A stretch of DNA of 53,845 bases from a virus (IMGVR_UViG_3300033141_002656:1-53845); one strand, 5' to 3'. Shown: positions 36,707-46,402, counted from the stretch's first letter. Numbers and translations are program-made. Notes: a model not told the origin generated them from the sequence alone.

Positions 36707-37117
36707 TTACCTCTTTTTGGTTCGGGCCTTTTTCTTGCCGCGTTTGGAACCCATGGACTTGTCCGCCGGGGCCTCATCCATTTCTTTGGACTCTGGCTCA
36801 GGCTCTGGATCAGGGGCAGGCTCTGGATCAGTGGCAGGCTCGGGTTCAGGGTTGGGTGCCGATTCCGGGGCAGCTGCAATAGCTGCACCATCAGACTTGC
36901 CTCTGAGGACCTCATACCAGCCCCCTGACAGACGTTCCTTTTCCAGGTCTCTTACCTCAACCAGGAACGGTTTATATTGAACCTTGAGTCTCTGGACCAC
37001 CTCAGCTGCAACAATGATCTGGTTCCCGTTGTCCAGAAACAGACCAGCCTCAGCAATACTGAGGTTGGTGCCTTTGAGATTGGCCACCTCAAGCAGTACA
37101 CACTTTTTCATGTTCAT
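36707..37117 (-). CDS. Hypothetical protein with PE-rich linker
   Basis: Downstream of the capsid gene; GGGAG RBS. Confidence 0.7.
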   Translation of the reverse strand: MNMKKCVLLEVANLKGTNLSIAEAGLFLDNGNQIIVAAEVVQRLKVQYKPFLVEVRDLEKERLSGGWYEVLRGKSDGAAIAAAPESAPNPEPEPATDPEPAPDPEPEPESKEMDEAPADKSMGSKRGKKKARTKKR

Positions 37118-37128
37118 GACTCCCTGTT

Positions 37129-37160
37129 AAAAACCCCCGTCCCGTGGACGGGAACGGGGG
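37129..37160 (-). terminator. Intrinsic terminator after capsid gene
   Basis: CCCCCGTTCCCGT-CC-ACGGGACGGGGG followed by TTTTT. Confidence 0.75.
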
Positions 37161-37226
37161 CTATTGGTTTGGAGAAAACAAGCCGGAAACCGTCCAATCC
37201 TTAGACAGACAACAGCCTGTCAGGAT

Positions 37227-38618
37227 TTAGACAGCAGTCTCAATGTTGATGCCCATGACCACGGAACGCTCATTGGCCGACTGGGGAAACCCAGCAAAGG
37301 CATGGCGTTTTTTGGCGGACATCAGCATCTGGTCACTGCTGGGCAGACTCGGGGCAGCCCAGACCCGTGTGGCTTGGCGGACCCAGTTCTGGAACCGGGA
37401 CTTTTGGACCAGCAACAGACAAGTGCTGGTTCCTGCAGCCGGATTGTCAGCCAGACCATCAACGCCCAAATCCTCACGGATATGCTGAGTCTCAACACCG
37501 TTAACGCCAAAAACCGGGGGAACCTGGCCTGTTACGTTGGAGGCAAGACCACCAAATGCAAACGCCGTGAACAGTTCCGGGATACCGCCAGTGACCAGAT
37601 CATGAGCAACACTGGTTCCCATGATCCACTTGAGGTCAGCCTTTTCACTGGACTGTTTTCGCATGAGCTTGAGCAAGCTGGCAAACAACAATTTGCTGGC
37701 TGAATCACCACCGTGATTGTACACAATGGACCCCGCGCCAACCACAGCATCATTGGCAAATGCCAGTTTCCTGAGACCCTTGTATGCCTTGCTGAACAGC
37801 TTGGCAGATCCGGCCTCGGTGTCATCATCCTGGTGGGGAGAACTGTCATCACCGTTGATGATGACCTTTTCCTCACTGCGGACAATACCCATCTGGCATT
37901 CTTTTCTCAGCTTGTCGATCAGAGGTGGGGCCGAGTCATCCAACAGGTCCTGAGTGATGATGGTGTGAACCACGTTGTTCTTGGCCTCAACAGTGTAAGA
38001 ACTGCTGGTGTTGGCCTGACCCGTGAACGTGGCATCATCGGTCTCAAGCTGACCCTCAAGCAGGCCGAGGGCGCCAGGAACCCGGACAAAGGCAGCACCC
38101 ATGGGCAACGTGTCAAACACGTCAACCAACAGGTGGGGAATCTCATATTCCTCAAAATAGAACCGGGCCTGCACCGTGGTGTCCGCCCAGTCACTGAAGT
38201 CCGTGATGTTGAATGCCTTGAGCATGGGCTCAAGGAAATTCTTATAACATGATGTGGACTTCATCTGAGCCACCGTGGGCATCAGGGTCCGGTATTTGAT
38301 CTGGGCTTGGATCTCGCAGTTGCTGATGGCCTTTTTCAGACCCAGCAGTCTCAGCCTGGTCTCATCAGGCAACATGCCGGTTGAGTCTTTGCGGCCAAAG
38401 TTCAGCGGGTGGCTGTAACTTTTCTCATTGGTTTCATCGATCCGATGGCCGACAACATCCCCGATAGTCTTGCAACCAAGATGCTTGCAAAGTTCAAAGT
38501 CCTTTGCATAGATGGGCTTGCCACCTTGAGCCGGTGCTTGCTTGTTCTGCAGACAATCATAGATCTTGTCAATGTTTCCCTTTGCCGGATCGGCAGGTGT
38601 TCCTTGTGCAGTTGTCAT
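37227..38618 (-). CDS. Major capsid protein (HK97 fold, N-terminal extension)
   Basis: Follows the protease; ITQDLLDDS, EEKVIINGD, PPVFGV. Confidence 0.88.
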   Translation of the reverse strand: MTTAQGTPADPAKGNIDKIYDCLQNKQAPAQGGKPIYAKDFELCKHLGCKTIGDVVGHRIDETNEKSYSHPLNFGRKDSTGMLPDETRLRLLGLKKAISNCEIQAQIKYRTLMPTVAQMKSTSCYKNFLEPMLKAFNITDFSDWADTTVQARFYFEEYEIPHLLVDVFDTLPMGAAFVRVPGALGLLEGQLETDDATFTGQANTSSSYTVEAKNNVVHTIITQDLLDDSAPPLIDKLRKECQMGIVRSEEKVIINGDDSSPHQDDDTEAGSAKLFSKAYKGLRKLAFANDAVVGAGSIVYNHGGDSASKLLFASLLKLMRKQSSEKADLKWIMGTSVAHDLVTGGIPELFTAFAFGGLASNVTGQVPPVFGVNGVETQHIREDLGVDGLADNPAAGTSTCLLLVQKSRFQNWVRQATRVWAAPSLPSSDQMLMSAKKRHAFAGFPQSANERSVVMGINIETAV

Positions 38619-38685
38619 GTCTGAACCCTCACATGAATGTTTATAAAATTACCGTATGGAATACCGGTAGGCCCTGCCCACCCGG

Positions 38686-40032
38686 TTACTCGGCCTTGTT
38701 TGCCTCAGCCATCTTGAGCATGGCCTCAGACAGCTTGGTGATGTTCTCACCCTGAGCCTTGACGGTCTCAGAGATTTCCTTGACCTGATCAGCCAGGGAC
38801 TTGTCACCGTCCTTGTCCTTGTCATCATCCTCTTTGGGCTTGTCGCCACCCTTTTCCTCAAGTTTTTTCATGAGGTTGTTGGTGGCCTCAAGGGTTTTCT
38901 CCATGGTGCCGTTCATGGACTGACACAAAGTCATGAGGTTGTTGATGGCTTCTAAGATCTTTTCTTCCATTTCACTGTCTCCCTCATCATCTTTGAGCTT
39001 GCCTATTACGGCCTTGATGCCATCATCAAGCTCAATGGTTCTAAATGAATCCTCAATAAATTCATCCGGATCACGTTGCCTGATCCGGTATGAGTCCTCA
39101 GTCTCGTCAACTCCATCTGACTTGAAATCATGTTCCTCTGCCCAGTCAATGGCCTGTTGCTTAGTGAACTTCTCTTTGTCGAATATCAGCGTCTGAACGG
39201 TGGTTGACTGTTGCTTGAGGTGGGCTATCTTTTGGCCTGGGTCCATTCCGTTTAACGCTTTGTCATCAATCTCAATGGTCTTGATTTCATTGTTACATGA
39301 TCCATGAGACTTGTGCAAACTGTTTGCATATTGCCTCATCTCAAACGTGGCATCGGGGTTGCAGGGAATGGCTACCACGGACAGTTCTAACAGTTCCCAT
39401 TCCAGGACCACGGCCGGTTCCATGAGCTTGCCAGATTCCTCATCATAGACCGGGGCCTTGATCTTTTTGGGAATGAACCCAATGGATACAGTCTTGAGGA
39501 TCCCTTGGGAGATCAGGGACCGGACATCCTTTTGGGCATCGGTCAACAGCCCAGCCTTGGGGTCCCCAACCCATGCCTCAAAGTGGACACCATTTTCCTC
39601 GGCCCAGATTTTCTCAACCACACCCACGCCAGCGTTTGTCCAGTACATATGGTCAGCCAGCAGGATCTTGTTCTTGACAAAGTTCTTGATGTCCATGCCG
39701 GCGGGTTCCATTCTCTCATCCCACCGGTCCACCACGTTGGCATTGGCCACACCCTTGATCAGCATCTTGGCGTCCGGGTCAAACCCTTTGGTACCAGGCT
39801 CATTACCATTGCCGTCCCGGATACTCTTGATGGTTCCCTGGGCTACCCGGTATTCCGGATTGTCAATGTACGGGTTTCTCATCTGCCCACGGGACTGGGC
39901 CGGGAACCGCTTGAGCCCACCATACTCAACCCGCTGACCAGTTGCAGGATCCACCCCATTCTCTGCCCCTCTCTGCTTGATATACCGTTGCACGTTTTTG
40001 GGTTCACCCACAATCACCAGTGCCATGGCCAA
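38686..40032 (-). CDS. HK97-type prohead protease with C-terminal scaffold-like region
   Basis: VDRWDE, LADH, VSIGF, ELLELSVVAIPCNPDA; acidic domain and coiled coil follow. Confidence 0.92.
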   Translation of the reverse strand: MAMALVIVGEPKNVQRYIKQRGAENGVDPATGQRVEYGGLKRFPAQSRGQMRNPYIDNPEYRVAQGTIKSIRDGNGNEPGTKGFDPDAKMLIKGVANANVVDRWDERMEPAGMDIKNFVKNKILLADHMYWTNAGVGVVEKIWAEENGVHFEAWVGDPKAGLLTDAQKDVRSLISQGILKTVSIGFIPKKIKAPVYDEESGKLMEPAVVLEWELLELSVVAIPCNPDATFEMRQYANSLHKSHGSCNNEIKTIEIDDKALNGMDPGQKIAHLKQQSTTVQTLIFDKEKFTKQQAIDWAEEHDFKSDGVDETEDSYRIRQRDPDEFIEDSFRTIELDDGIKAVIGKLKDDEGDSEMEEKILEAINNLMTLCQSMNGTMEKTLEATNNLMKKLEEKGGDKPKEDDDKDKDGDKSLADQVKEISETVKAQGENITKLSEAMLKMAEANKAE

Positions 40033-40084
40033 ACTCCCAGTGTGGTTGTTCGATAGTTCTCTTGGATAGTATATAAAATTTTTG

Positions 40085-42448
40085 CTATTCGGTATCTAAA
40101 ATTGCTGGCGCGTTTGATGTGGCTGTCTCGGGGATCACCGTGACCATTGTACATCTGCAGTTGATCACATCCTTGGCACCGGCCTGGGGATCCCTGGGGT
40201 ACCGGAGCTTGGCCCCCGTTGTGGGGTTTTCCCACTCGTAACTGCTGGGCACTACCCCATTCTTGCCGGCATTCTCAAATGCTGCATGTTCCTCACGGGC
40301 ATCCGGATTGGCCCCAACATCACCCACATGGAACCATTGCTTGTTGACCTCGCTGAACACCTGGCCCAGGACCTCATGATTCCATTGTATCCCAGCCGAG
40401 ACTGCTGACAAGACCTCGGTCCTGGCAATTGTCTGGGCCTGACCAGAGTAGTTGTCATCATAGGTCCCACGGATAGTCCGGGCAATCTCATCCTCAGTCC
40501 TGCCATCAGCCAGGGACCGCTCAATGATATCCATGATGATCTCAGTCCTGGTCTGGTCAAACCCTTTGAACGTGGTCAGGTTCCTCTGTCTGAGGGTCTG
40601 GCGCTTACCGTCACGGTCCTTTTCCCTGAGGATCTCAATGGCCTCAAGGTCAACGGGATCAAACGTGAGGGCCTGTTTGCGGCCCACACGTGGCACTGAG
40701 AATGTCTTGGCATTGTGGGTCCCCAGGGTGAAACCACGTTCCTGGGAATCCATCAGGACTGGGTCAGCCTCACTCACATAGACCTTAACCCTCTCATCCT
40801 GGTGAACGTCCAGATATTTCCGAACATCCCTCTGGTTCCTCAGGGCATACTCAACCTGGGATAGAAACACCCCAAGGTATCTGTCTAATGCCTTGACATA
40901 TTTCCTCATTTGACGTTTCTCGGTACGGGATTGAGACTCGGTGGCCTGGGCCTTACGGGTCCCACCATCAAGCATCTGCTTGTCCGTGTCATCATCGGTT
41001 GGGTCATCCTCAGCCGGTGTGGGCTCTGCCAGGTCTGGGTCCTCAGGGCCCATGTCCCCGGGATCCGGATCTGTCATGGGCCCACCAAACGGATCGGCCA
41101 TGGCAGGCTTGATCTCTGCAACAAACATGTTCCCCCTGGGGTCAGTCTCTTTGAGAGGCTCATACCCCAGGATGTCTTGCCTGATCTCATTGATGACCAG
41201 GTACTTGTCCACCTGCTGGGCTGCCTCCCCCCGGCTGGTCAGGCTACCCTCAACGGCCTCAACCCCAGAGAGGTCTGGCTCAATCCGGTACCCTGGATAG
41301 ATCTGCCTGACCAGGTAAGATGAGTTCCAGCCATTGGCCCAGAACTTGGCAAGCGGGATGATGGTATTCTCATAGAACGTCCGATCCTGAACCTCAGAGG
41401 TTGACCGGTTCACGTCCTCAACAACGCCCACCTTGGTTGGGGGAATCCCGAGAACTGCCAGCAGTGTCCGGCGGTTCTCCCTGAGACCCTCAAGGTGTTC
41501 CATGTCCTTCATGGTCAGACCCGAATTGACCCACTTGGCCCCCTTGGGCAGGAACAGGGTACGCCACCAGTTGCGTTTGCCGGTGAACGCCTGCTCAAAG
41601 GTTCTCATGAGCCGGTCCATCCGGGCCTTTGAGATATCCTGTGTGGTCTCAATCACCCCAGCATTGGTGGCTCCCCTGAGATAGAATGCCATCTCAAACT
41701 CATTCTTGTGACGGTCAAGAAGGATGGGCCTCACAGCTGCAACAAACATTGACATCCCATAGAACGGATTGAACGGGTTGGGGAACTTGTGGTGTACCAC
41801 GTTCTTGTACTCAATCCGGTTGCTGGCTGATCCAGTTGCACACATGGCAGGGCCCTGGATCTCAATGTGGGATATAGGTCCCTCTTGTTCTCTCTTGAGG
41901 GCCCCCTCAGCCCCACAGGATCCCTCTCTCAGCTGAATGTTGACATACTCAACAGGCACGTGGATGGCTGAGCGATACTTCTCATCAAAGACCAGGAATG
42001 AGTTGCCGCCCAGGATCAGGTCCAGGAATGAAACCCACTTGAGACTGGTGTTGTCCTGAATCTCATTGCTGGCATTCAGCAGGTCACACAGAGGATGGTT
42101 CTCAACTATCTCATCTGTGGCCTCATCAATCACAATAAAGGGAATAGATGACAGAGTCCGAGCAATGAGGGTGGCCGTGGCATAGGTCCAGGGCTCACGG
42201 CTGTACATGGACTTGAGCCTGCCGGCATTGGAACCCAGGTTGAACTCAGTTCCGAAATGCCCACCCGTATCATTGAAATCCTCCATACCAACAAAATCAC
42301 TGAGGGTATAGGACTTTTTCAGAACATTCTGCATGGCAAGCTCAATAGCCCCTTGCAGGTTGTTCATTTGGCAGAGGTCTAACATCTGTTGGTTTTCTGT
42401 GTTTGTTTCACGTGAAACGGGTATTGACTTACGGCCCCATAGTCTCAT
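40085..42448 (-). CDS. Portal protein fused to Mu gpF-like head morphogenesis domain
   Basis: HK97-type portal (LGGNSF, YGMS, LGIPP, INEIR) then IARTE, KQW, R.EH, INCRC. Confidence 0.92.
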   Translation of the reverse strand: MRLWGRKSIPVSRETNTENQQMLDLCQMNNLQGAIELAMQNVLKKSYTLSDFVGMEDFNDTGGHFGTEFNLGSNAGRLKSMYSREPWTYATATLIARTLSSIPFIVIDEATDEIVENHPLCDLLNASNEIQDNTSLKWVSFLDLILGGNSFLVFDEKYRSAIHVPVEYVNIQLREGSCGAEGALKREQEGPISHIEIQGPAMCATGSASNRIEYKNVVHHKFPNPFNPFYGMSMFVAAVRPILLDRHKNEFEMAFYLRGATNAGVIETTQDISKARMDRLMRTFEQAFTGKRNWWRTLFLPKGAKWVNSGLTMKDMEHLEGLRENRRTLLAVLGIPPTKVGVVEDVNRSTSEVQDRTFYENTIIPLAKFWANGWNSSYLVRQIYPGYRIEPDLSGVEAVEGSLTSRGEAAQQVDKYLVINEIRQDILGYEPLKETDPRGNMFVAEIKPAMADPFGGPMTDPDPGDMGPEDPDLAEPTPAEDDPTDDDTDKQMLDGGTRKAQATESQSRTEKRQMRKYVKALDRYLGVFLSQVEYALRNQRDVRKYLDVHQDERVKVYVSEADPVLMDSQERGFTLGTHNAKTFSVPRVGRKQALTFDPVDLEAIEILREKDRDGKRQTLRQRNLTTFKGFDQTRTEIIMDIIERSLADGRTEDEIARTIRGTYDDNYSGQAQTIARTEVLSAVSAGIQWNHEVLGQVFSEVNKQWFHVGDVGANPDAREEHAAFENAGKNGVVPSSYEWENPTTGAKLRYPRDPQAGAKDVINCRCTMVTVIPETATSNAPAILDTE

Positions 42449-42451
42449 GAC

Positions 42452-43927
42452 TCAATCCTCAAGCTCAATGATTGGGTCCTCTTCATCTGTGTCATCACCA
42501 TCAAAGAACCCATCATCATCTGTTTCTGACTCCATGGCCTCAGCATACAAGGCCAAGTCATCCCCTTTGATCTTATCATCTAATGCTTGTTCTAACATCT
42601 TTTCGGCAGCCTCGGCCATTGCTGATTGCATGGCATTGCTGATGGCTAGCATCCCAGCCATGACCACATCATCATGCTCACCATCCGGGGCCGAGTATTG
42701 GAACAGACCTGACTTGGTACTGTTCACCTCAAATGAGGCAAACTCATGCTCAATCTGTTCGATCCGTGGGGCCGAGTGCCAGCCCTGCTCAATGGCTATG
42801 TTGGTACGGGTGACCATCTGGGACTTGATCTTGTTGTTGAATGTCACGGCCTCAATGGTGGCATCAATGTCAAGCTCAGCCAGCAGATCACCAAAGGCGT
42901 CGCCCACACCCGTGGCATCATACCAGACCAGATTGTCTGATATGGGCTCACCCTTGGCATCCCTGACAATCTGGAAATATCGTTTGATGTACTGGGCAAA
43001 CCGCTCAGCCTGCCTGGGATATGGGAGTTTCCGGAACCGGCAATATCCCACCAGCTGACCCAGGCCATTAACAGAATAGAACACCGTGTAATCTTTGCGT
43101 TTGGCAATGTCAACACCGTGGTACACGTCCATCTGTCTGGCCTTGGGATCCGGATGGATCCAGAACCTGGTGACTCCAGCTGGTACCTCAAGGGCCTCAT
43201 CCCAGATCTTGCTGAGATCCCCGAACACCTCAGACTCACTGAGGAAAAGAGCAAGGTAATACTGCTCAAAGAGATGCTTTGGTAACAGACGTTTGGCCTG
43301 CTCAACGGCCTTGTCTGAGACATAGGGTGAGTCAGCTGTCTGCAGGTGGCCCCAGCAAAAGAACGGATCCCCCTGCTTGGCTTTGCGGAATATATCGTAA
43401 TACCAGGTATATCCTCTGGGTGTACCAGTGACGATCACCAGGCCCTCTGTCTGGGTCAAGGTGGTGTACAGGGAATACCAGACTTGCTTGCTGATCTTGC
43501 CGGCCTCATCGATGACAGCCCGGTCAATGTTCTCACCCTCAACGGTGGTCTCAGCATCCCGGCCATGCAGGAACTGAATGAATGACCCGTTGGCAAACCG
43601 TATCTCAAGCCGGCCATCCACTGGTTCAATCCATTCACAATCAGGTAACATAGCCTTGATGTATCGGTAACCGATCCGGCACTTGAGATAGGTGGGCGCC
43701 AACCAGACACAGTATGAGCCTGGATTCACCAGGGCCTCTTTGAGCAACCAGGCAGCTGAGCCAAAGGACTTGCCAGCCTTGGTTCCAGCTGGGCAAACCA
43801 GAGCCTGGGCATTGGGGTAACGTTCATTCCAATCCCAGAACAGTCTCTGCTTGGGATACATCTCTGGGAACCGGACCACCACCTGGTCAGGCATGATGGG
43901 ATTTGCCAGGGCCAGACCCAGGGCCAT
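42452..43927 (-). CDS. terL: Terminase large subunit (start uncertain: 43894, 43927 or 43975)
   Basis: AGTKAGKS, VIDEA, TGTPRG, GVDIA, DATGVG, HDDVVMA. Confidence 0.93.
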   Translation of the reverse strand: MALGLALANPIMPDQVVVRFPEMYPKQRLFWDWNERYPNAQALVCPAGTKAGKSFGSAAWLLKEALVNPGSYCVWLAPTYLKCRIGYRYIKAMLPDCEWIEPVDGRLEIRFANGSFIQFLHGRDAETTVEGENIDRAVIDEAGKISKQVWYSLYTTLTQTEGLVIVTGTPRGYTWYYDIFRKAKQGDPFFCWGHLQTADSPYVSDKAVEQAKRLLPKHLFEQYYLALFLSESEVFGDLSKIWDEALEVPAGVTRFWIHPDPKARQMDVYHGVDIAKRKDYTVFYSVNGLGQLVGYCRFRKLPYPRQAERFAQYIKRYFQIVRDAKGEPISDNLVWYDATGVGDAFGDLLAELDIDATIEAVTFNNKIKSQMVTRTNIAIEQGWHSAPRIEQIEHEFASFEVNSTKSGLFQYSAPDGEHDDVVMAGMLAISNAMQSAMAEAAEKMLEQALDDKIKGDDLALYAEAMESETDDDGFFDGDDTDEEDPIIELED

Positions 43928-44011
43928 GGACCCTGCCCCGGGAACCCAGTTACATAGCCATATGGCTAAGATCATTAGGGCAATGAGGACAATGCTGGTA
44001 AGGCAGTTACA

Positions 44012-44049
44012 TAAAAGGACACCCCCCAACAAGGCGTCTTGATGGGGGG
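44012..44049 (-). terminator. Hairpin/terminator upstream of terL
   Basis: CCCCCCATCAAG-ACGC-CTTGTTGGGGGG, then TGTCCTTTT. Confidence 0.5.
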
Positions 44050-44060
44050 CAGGGTTCGGA

Positions 44061-44534
44061 CTACATCGGTAGTTGAGCGGTATCCGTGGTGGGCTCATCG
44101 GATCCATCCTCATCAGTCTCAGGCTCAGTCTCTTTGTCTACCACCTTGAAACCGGGGATGTTGGGGCCATCACCAAACAGGCCCCGTTGCTTGAGGCCGG
44201 CAACCTCATACTCAGTGAGTTCTCTTTCCTCATAGCGTTCATCATTGTACAGGTACCAGGTCCTTTTGCTTTTGAGATCAAAGACCTGCTCACAGTCCAC
44301 TTGGCGGACCTCACGGCCAGTGACATGGGCTCTGGACAGTTTCAGGACCTCAGACTTTTTCTCTTTGATCTTGGCACCCCAATCCTTTTTGACCTCACGG
44401 TAGTCATCCTCAAGGGCATCCAGTTCCTTGAACCGGACCGCACAATCAGAGGCCCGGTCAGCCAGTTCTGATTCAGTCAGCTGCACGTGCAGGGACTGGG
44501 TGACATTGACAGTATCCAGCTTGGGTTCAGTCAT
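44061..44534 (-). CDS. Hypothetical coiled-coil protein
   Basis: MTEPKL start after GAGG; helical hairpin and acidic tail. Confidence 0.75.
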   Translation of the reverse strand: MTEPKLDTVNVTQSLHVQLTESELADRASDCAVRFKELDALEDDYREVKKDWGAKIKEKKSEVLKLSRAHVTGREVRQVDCEQVFDLKSKRTWYLYNDERYEERELTEYEVAGLKQRGLFGDGPNIPGFKVVDKETEPETDEDGSDEPTTDTAQLPM

Positions 44535-44688
44535 CCTCTTGTTCCTCAATATGGGGGCACCAATCGGGTACCTCGTTAACATCATCAATCTCTTGCTCGG
44601 TCTCGCCACAGATGGGATATGCCCCATCTCTGTCAATGAGCGGACAGTCTCTGCATCTGCTGATCTTGATCACTGCCAGCCTCACCAT
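44527..44688 (-). CDS. Small Cys-rich protein
   Basis: CRDCP...C...PDWCP; GGGGG RBS. Confidence 0.65.
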   Translation of the reverse strand: MVRLAVIKISRCRDCPLIDRDGAYPICGETEQEIDDVNEVPDWCPHIEEQEDD

Positions 44689-44816
44689 TCCCCCTTTTCC
44701 TTGGCCACCTTGCACTTTTCGCAGACCCATTTGCCATCCACGTTCCATTTCCGGTTGGTGGGGTTGTCCTTACCCACCAGATTGCAACCACACTTTGCAC
44801 ACTTCTGCTCACCCAT
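44682..44816 (-). CDS. 44-aa Zn-finger protein
   Basis: GAGG RBS; CAKC...CEKC; not in the ORF track. Confidence 0.65.
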   Translation of the reverse strand: MGEQKCAKCGCNLVGKDNPTNRKWNVDGKWVCEKCKVAKEKGEW

Positions 44817-44824
44817 GTCTCACC

Positions 44825-45094
44825 TCAATGTTGTGTTGCCTCTTTGTTCTCATCCGATATCTGTTTGACCCGATCTGGCCTGATCACGCTCACCTCAAAC
44901 TGACTGTTGAGTATGAGCAGATCAACTCCCGGGTAATGGCCTTTTGACTTGGCAGTCTCGAACATCTGGATGAGATGCCTGACTGCCCCACGATCAATGT
45001 TCTCCCCTGGTCTGATCAGGATACAGTCCCCCGGTTTCACAATGACCGTGTCCATGTCCAGGATGATCTTACGGCTGGGGTCCATCAGGACCAT
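44825..45094 (-). CDS. Hypothetical protein
   Basis: 89-aa ORF in the gene chain. Confidence 0.65.
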   Translation of the reverse strand: MVLMDPSRKIILDMDTVIVKPGDCILIRPGENIDRGAVRHLIQMFETAKSKGHYPGVDLLILNSQFEVSVIRPDRVKQISDENKEATQH

Positions 45095-45116
45095 CTGTCA
45101 CACCGCTTTGCGTTCC

Positions 45117-45299
45117 TCAATTGTCTTTTGGTTGATTTCCAATCTCAATTACTCCTGTTGCCTGTTTGACAAGTTCCAGTGCCTGCTCTGCATTCAGCCC
45201 TGTGGCTATCATTTCCCAGTCAGGAATATGCCTTGCATCACAGGTAGTTTCCCCGATGTATTCCTTGACACGATACTGGCCATTGGTACCCTGTTCCAT
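45117..45299 (-). CDS. Hypothetical protein
   Basis: MEQGTNG start after AGGA. Confidence 0.6.
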   Translation of the reverse strand: MEQGTNGQYRVKEYIGETTCDARHIPDWEMIATGLNAEQALELVKQATGVIEIGNQPKDN

Positions 45300-45303
45300 T
45301 TTC

Positions 45304-45561
45304 CTACGCCATATCAGTTTGTTCATCACCCATCCCCATTGCCGTTCTCATAGTCCTTGCCACCCCACCCTTGGTGGAGGGCTTGGCCACTTCAGCCTGT
45401 ACGTTCATCTCAGCCCTGAGTAATTCGATCTGGTTCTTGAGCTCGTCCACCTAGGCCCAGGTCGAGAACTTGGCAACTACCCAGCCCAGGCAGAACCCAA
45501 AGGCAGTCCAGCCTATGGTAATCACAATCATCACCTTGACCCCAACCATTGCTTCATCCAT
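45304..45561 (-). pseudogene. TM plus coiled-coil protein interrupted by in-frame TAG (45451-45453)
   Basis: MDEAM...LGWVVAKFSTWA*VDELKNQIELLRAEM...; the read-through frame ends 4 nt before the next ATG. Confidence 0.65.
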
Positions 45562-45563
45562 GT

Positions 45564-46400
45564 TTACAACCCCATCAATCTTTTAAACGCTTCGGACACT
45601 TGCGCGGGAACAACCGCATTGCCCAAGGCTTTAATTCTGTCCACCCGGAATGGTAGCCCATCAACCACTCGACCCACGTCGGGTTCAACAGCCCACCAGC
45701 GCGAGTCGGCGTAGTCCGCGGCAATTCTTTTTTTGACTCTAATAAAGCGACGTGGCTCAATGGTTGACTGCATTGTGGTGTGCTGTATTTCCTCTTTGCC
45801 GATTTCCAATCCCTGGCGGTTGGGATTGGTAACATGACTTGCGCACTTAATTTCGGTTCGCCGCGGCTGTTCCATTTTCCTTTCTCTCTCTCTACCGCAT
45901 CGTCTGCTATTGGCGTTTGCCAATAAAAACCATCTTTCCCTCTTGTGCGGCGCTCCCACATCGTAAGCGGATAGCATACCCCACCGACAATCATACCGCA
46001 GCGAGGCCATCTCCCGTGCAACAATGTGCAGGTATTTGCGTATTCCAGGGACGTTTTCAAGGAATATGAATGTGGGTCTGATTTCTTCGGCCAAGCGCAT
46101 GATCTCGAAAAAAAGCCCGCTTCGCTCCGCTTCCAAGCCTTTTCGAGTGCCCGCACAGCTGAGATCCTGGCACGGGAATCCGCCGTAGACAATGTCGATT
46201 TGTCCTCGAAAATCTGAGATTGGAAATGTTCTGATATCGTCCCAGATAGGTGCAGTGGGTAATTGTCCATCTGCCATGCGAGAGAGAAGAACGGCACGAG
46301 CATATTCGTCGATTTCACAGTAGGCGACCGGTCGGGCCCACTGCCCCAGGGCAAGGGAGATTCCGCCGATTCCGCTAAATAGGTCCAGGCCATTTAACAT
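45564..46400 (-). CDS. C5 DNA cytosine methyltransferase, alpha-like subunit
   Basis: Motifs I DLFSGIGG, IV GGFPCQD, VI LENV, VIII HKRERWF, X LGNAV; no in-frame motif IX. Confidence 0.93.
   Translation of the reverse strand: MLNGLDLFSGIGGISLALGQWARPVAYCEIDEYARAVLLSRMADGQLPTAPIWDDIRTFPISDFRGQIDIVYGGFPCQDLSCAGTRKGLEAERSGLFFEIMRLAEEIRPTFIFLENVPGIRKYLHIVAREMASLRYDCRWGMLSAYDVGAPHKRERWFLLANANSRRCGRERERKMEQPRRTEIKCASHVTNPNRQGLEIGKEEIQHTTMQSTIEPRRFIRVKKRIAADYADSRWWAVEPDVGRVVDGLPFRVDRIKALGNAVVPAQVSEAFKRLMGL
45575..46393 (-). CDS. Nested alternative-frame methyltransferase beta-like subunit
   Basis: 272 open codons inside the MTase; ends with motif-IX-like LNPTWVEWLMGYHSGWT. Confidence 0.75.
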   Translation of the reverse strand: MAWTYLAESAESPLPWGSGPDRSPTVKSTNMLVPFFSLAWQMDNYPLHLSGTISEHFQSQIFEDKSTLSTADSRARISAVRALEKAWKRSEAGFFSRSCAWPKKSDPHSYSLKTSLEYANTCTLLHGRWPRCGMIVGGVCYPLTMWERRTRGKDGFYWQTPIADDAVEREKGKWNSRGEPKLSAQVMLPIPTARDWKSAKRKYSTPQCSQPLSHVALLESKKELPRTTPTRAGGLLNPTWVEWLMGYHSGWTELKPWAMRLFPRKCPKRLKD

Positions 46401-46402
46401 CC

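Noticed and set aside
21368-43058. Long plus-strand ORFs antisense to structural genes
   Set aside because: Typical antisense open frames produced by codon bias; no motifs or RBS.
18811-45453. Genome-wide stop-codon reassignment
   Set aside because: TAG and TAA end clear genes (SSB DDIPF-TAG, capsid TAA), core genes are uninterrupted, the two internal stops differ, and no suppressor tRNA was seen.
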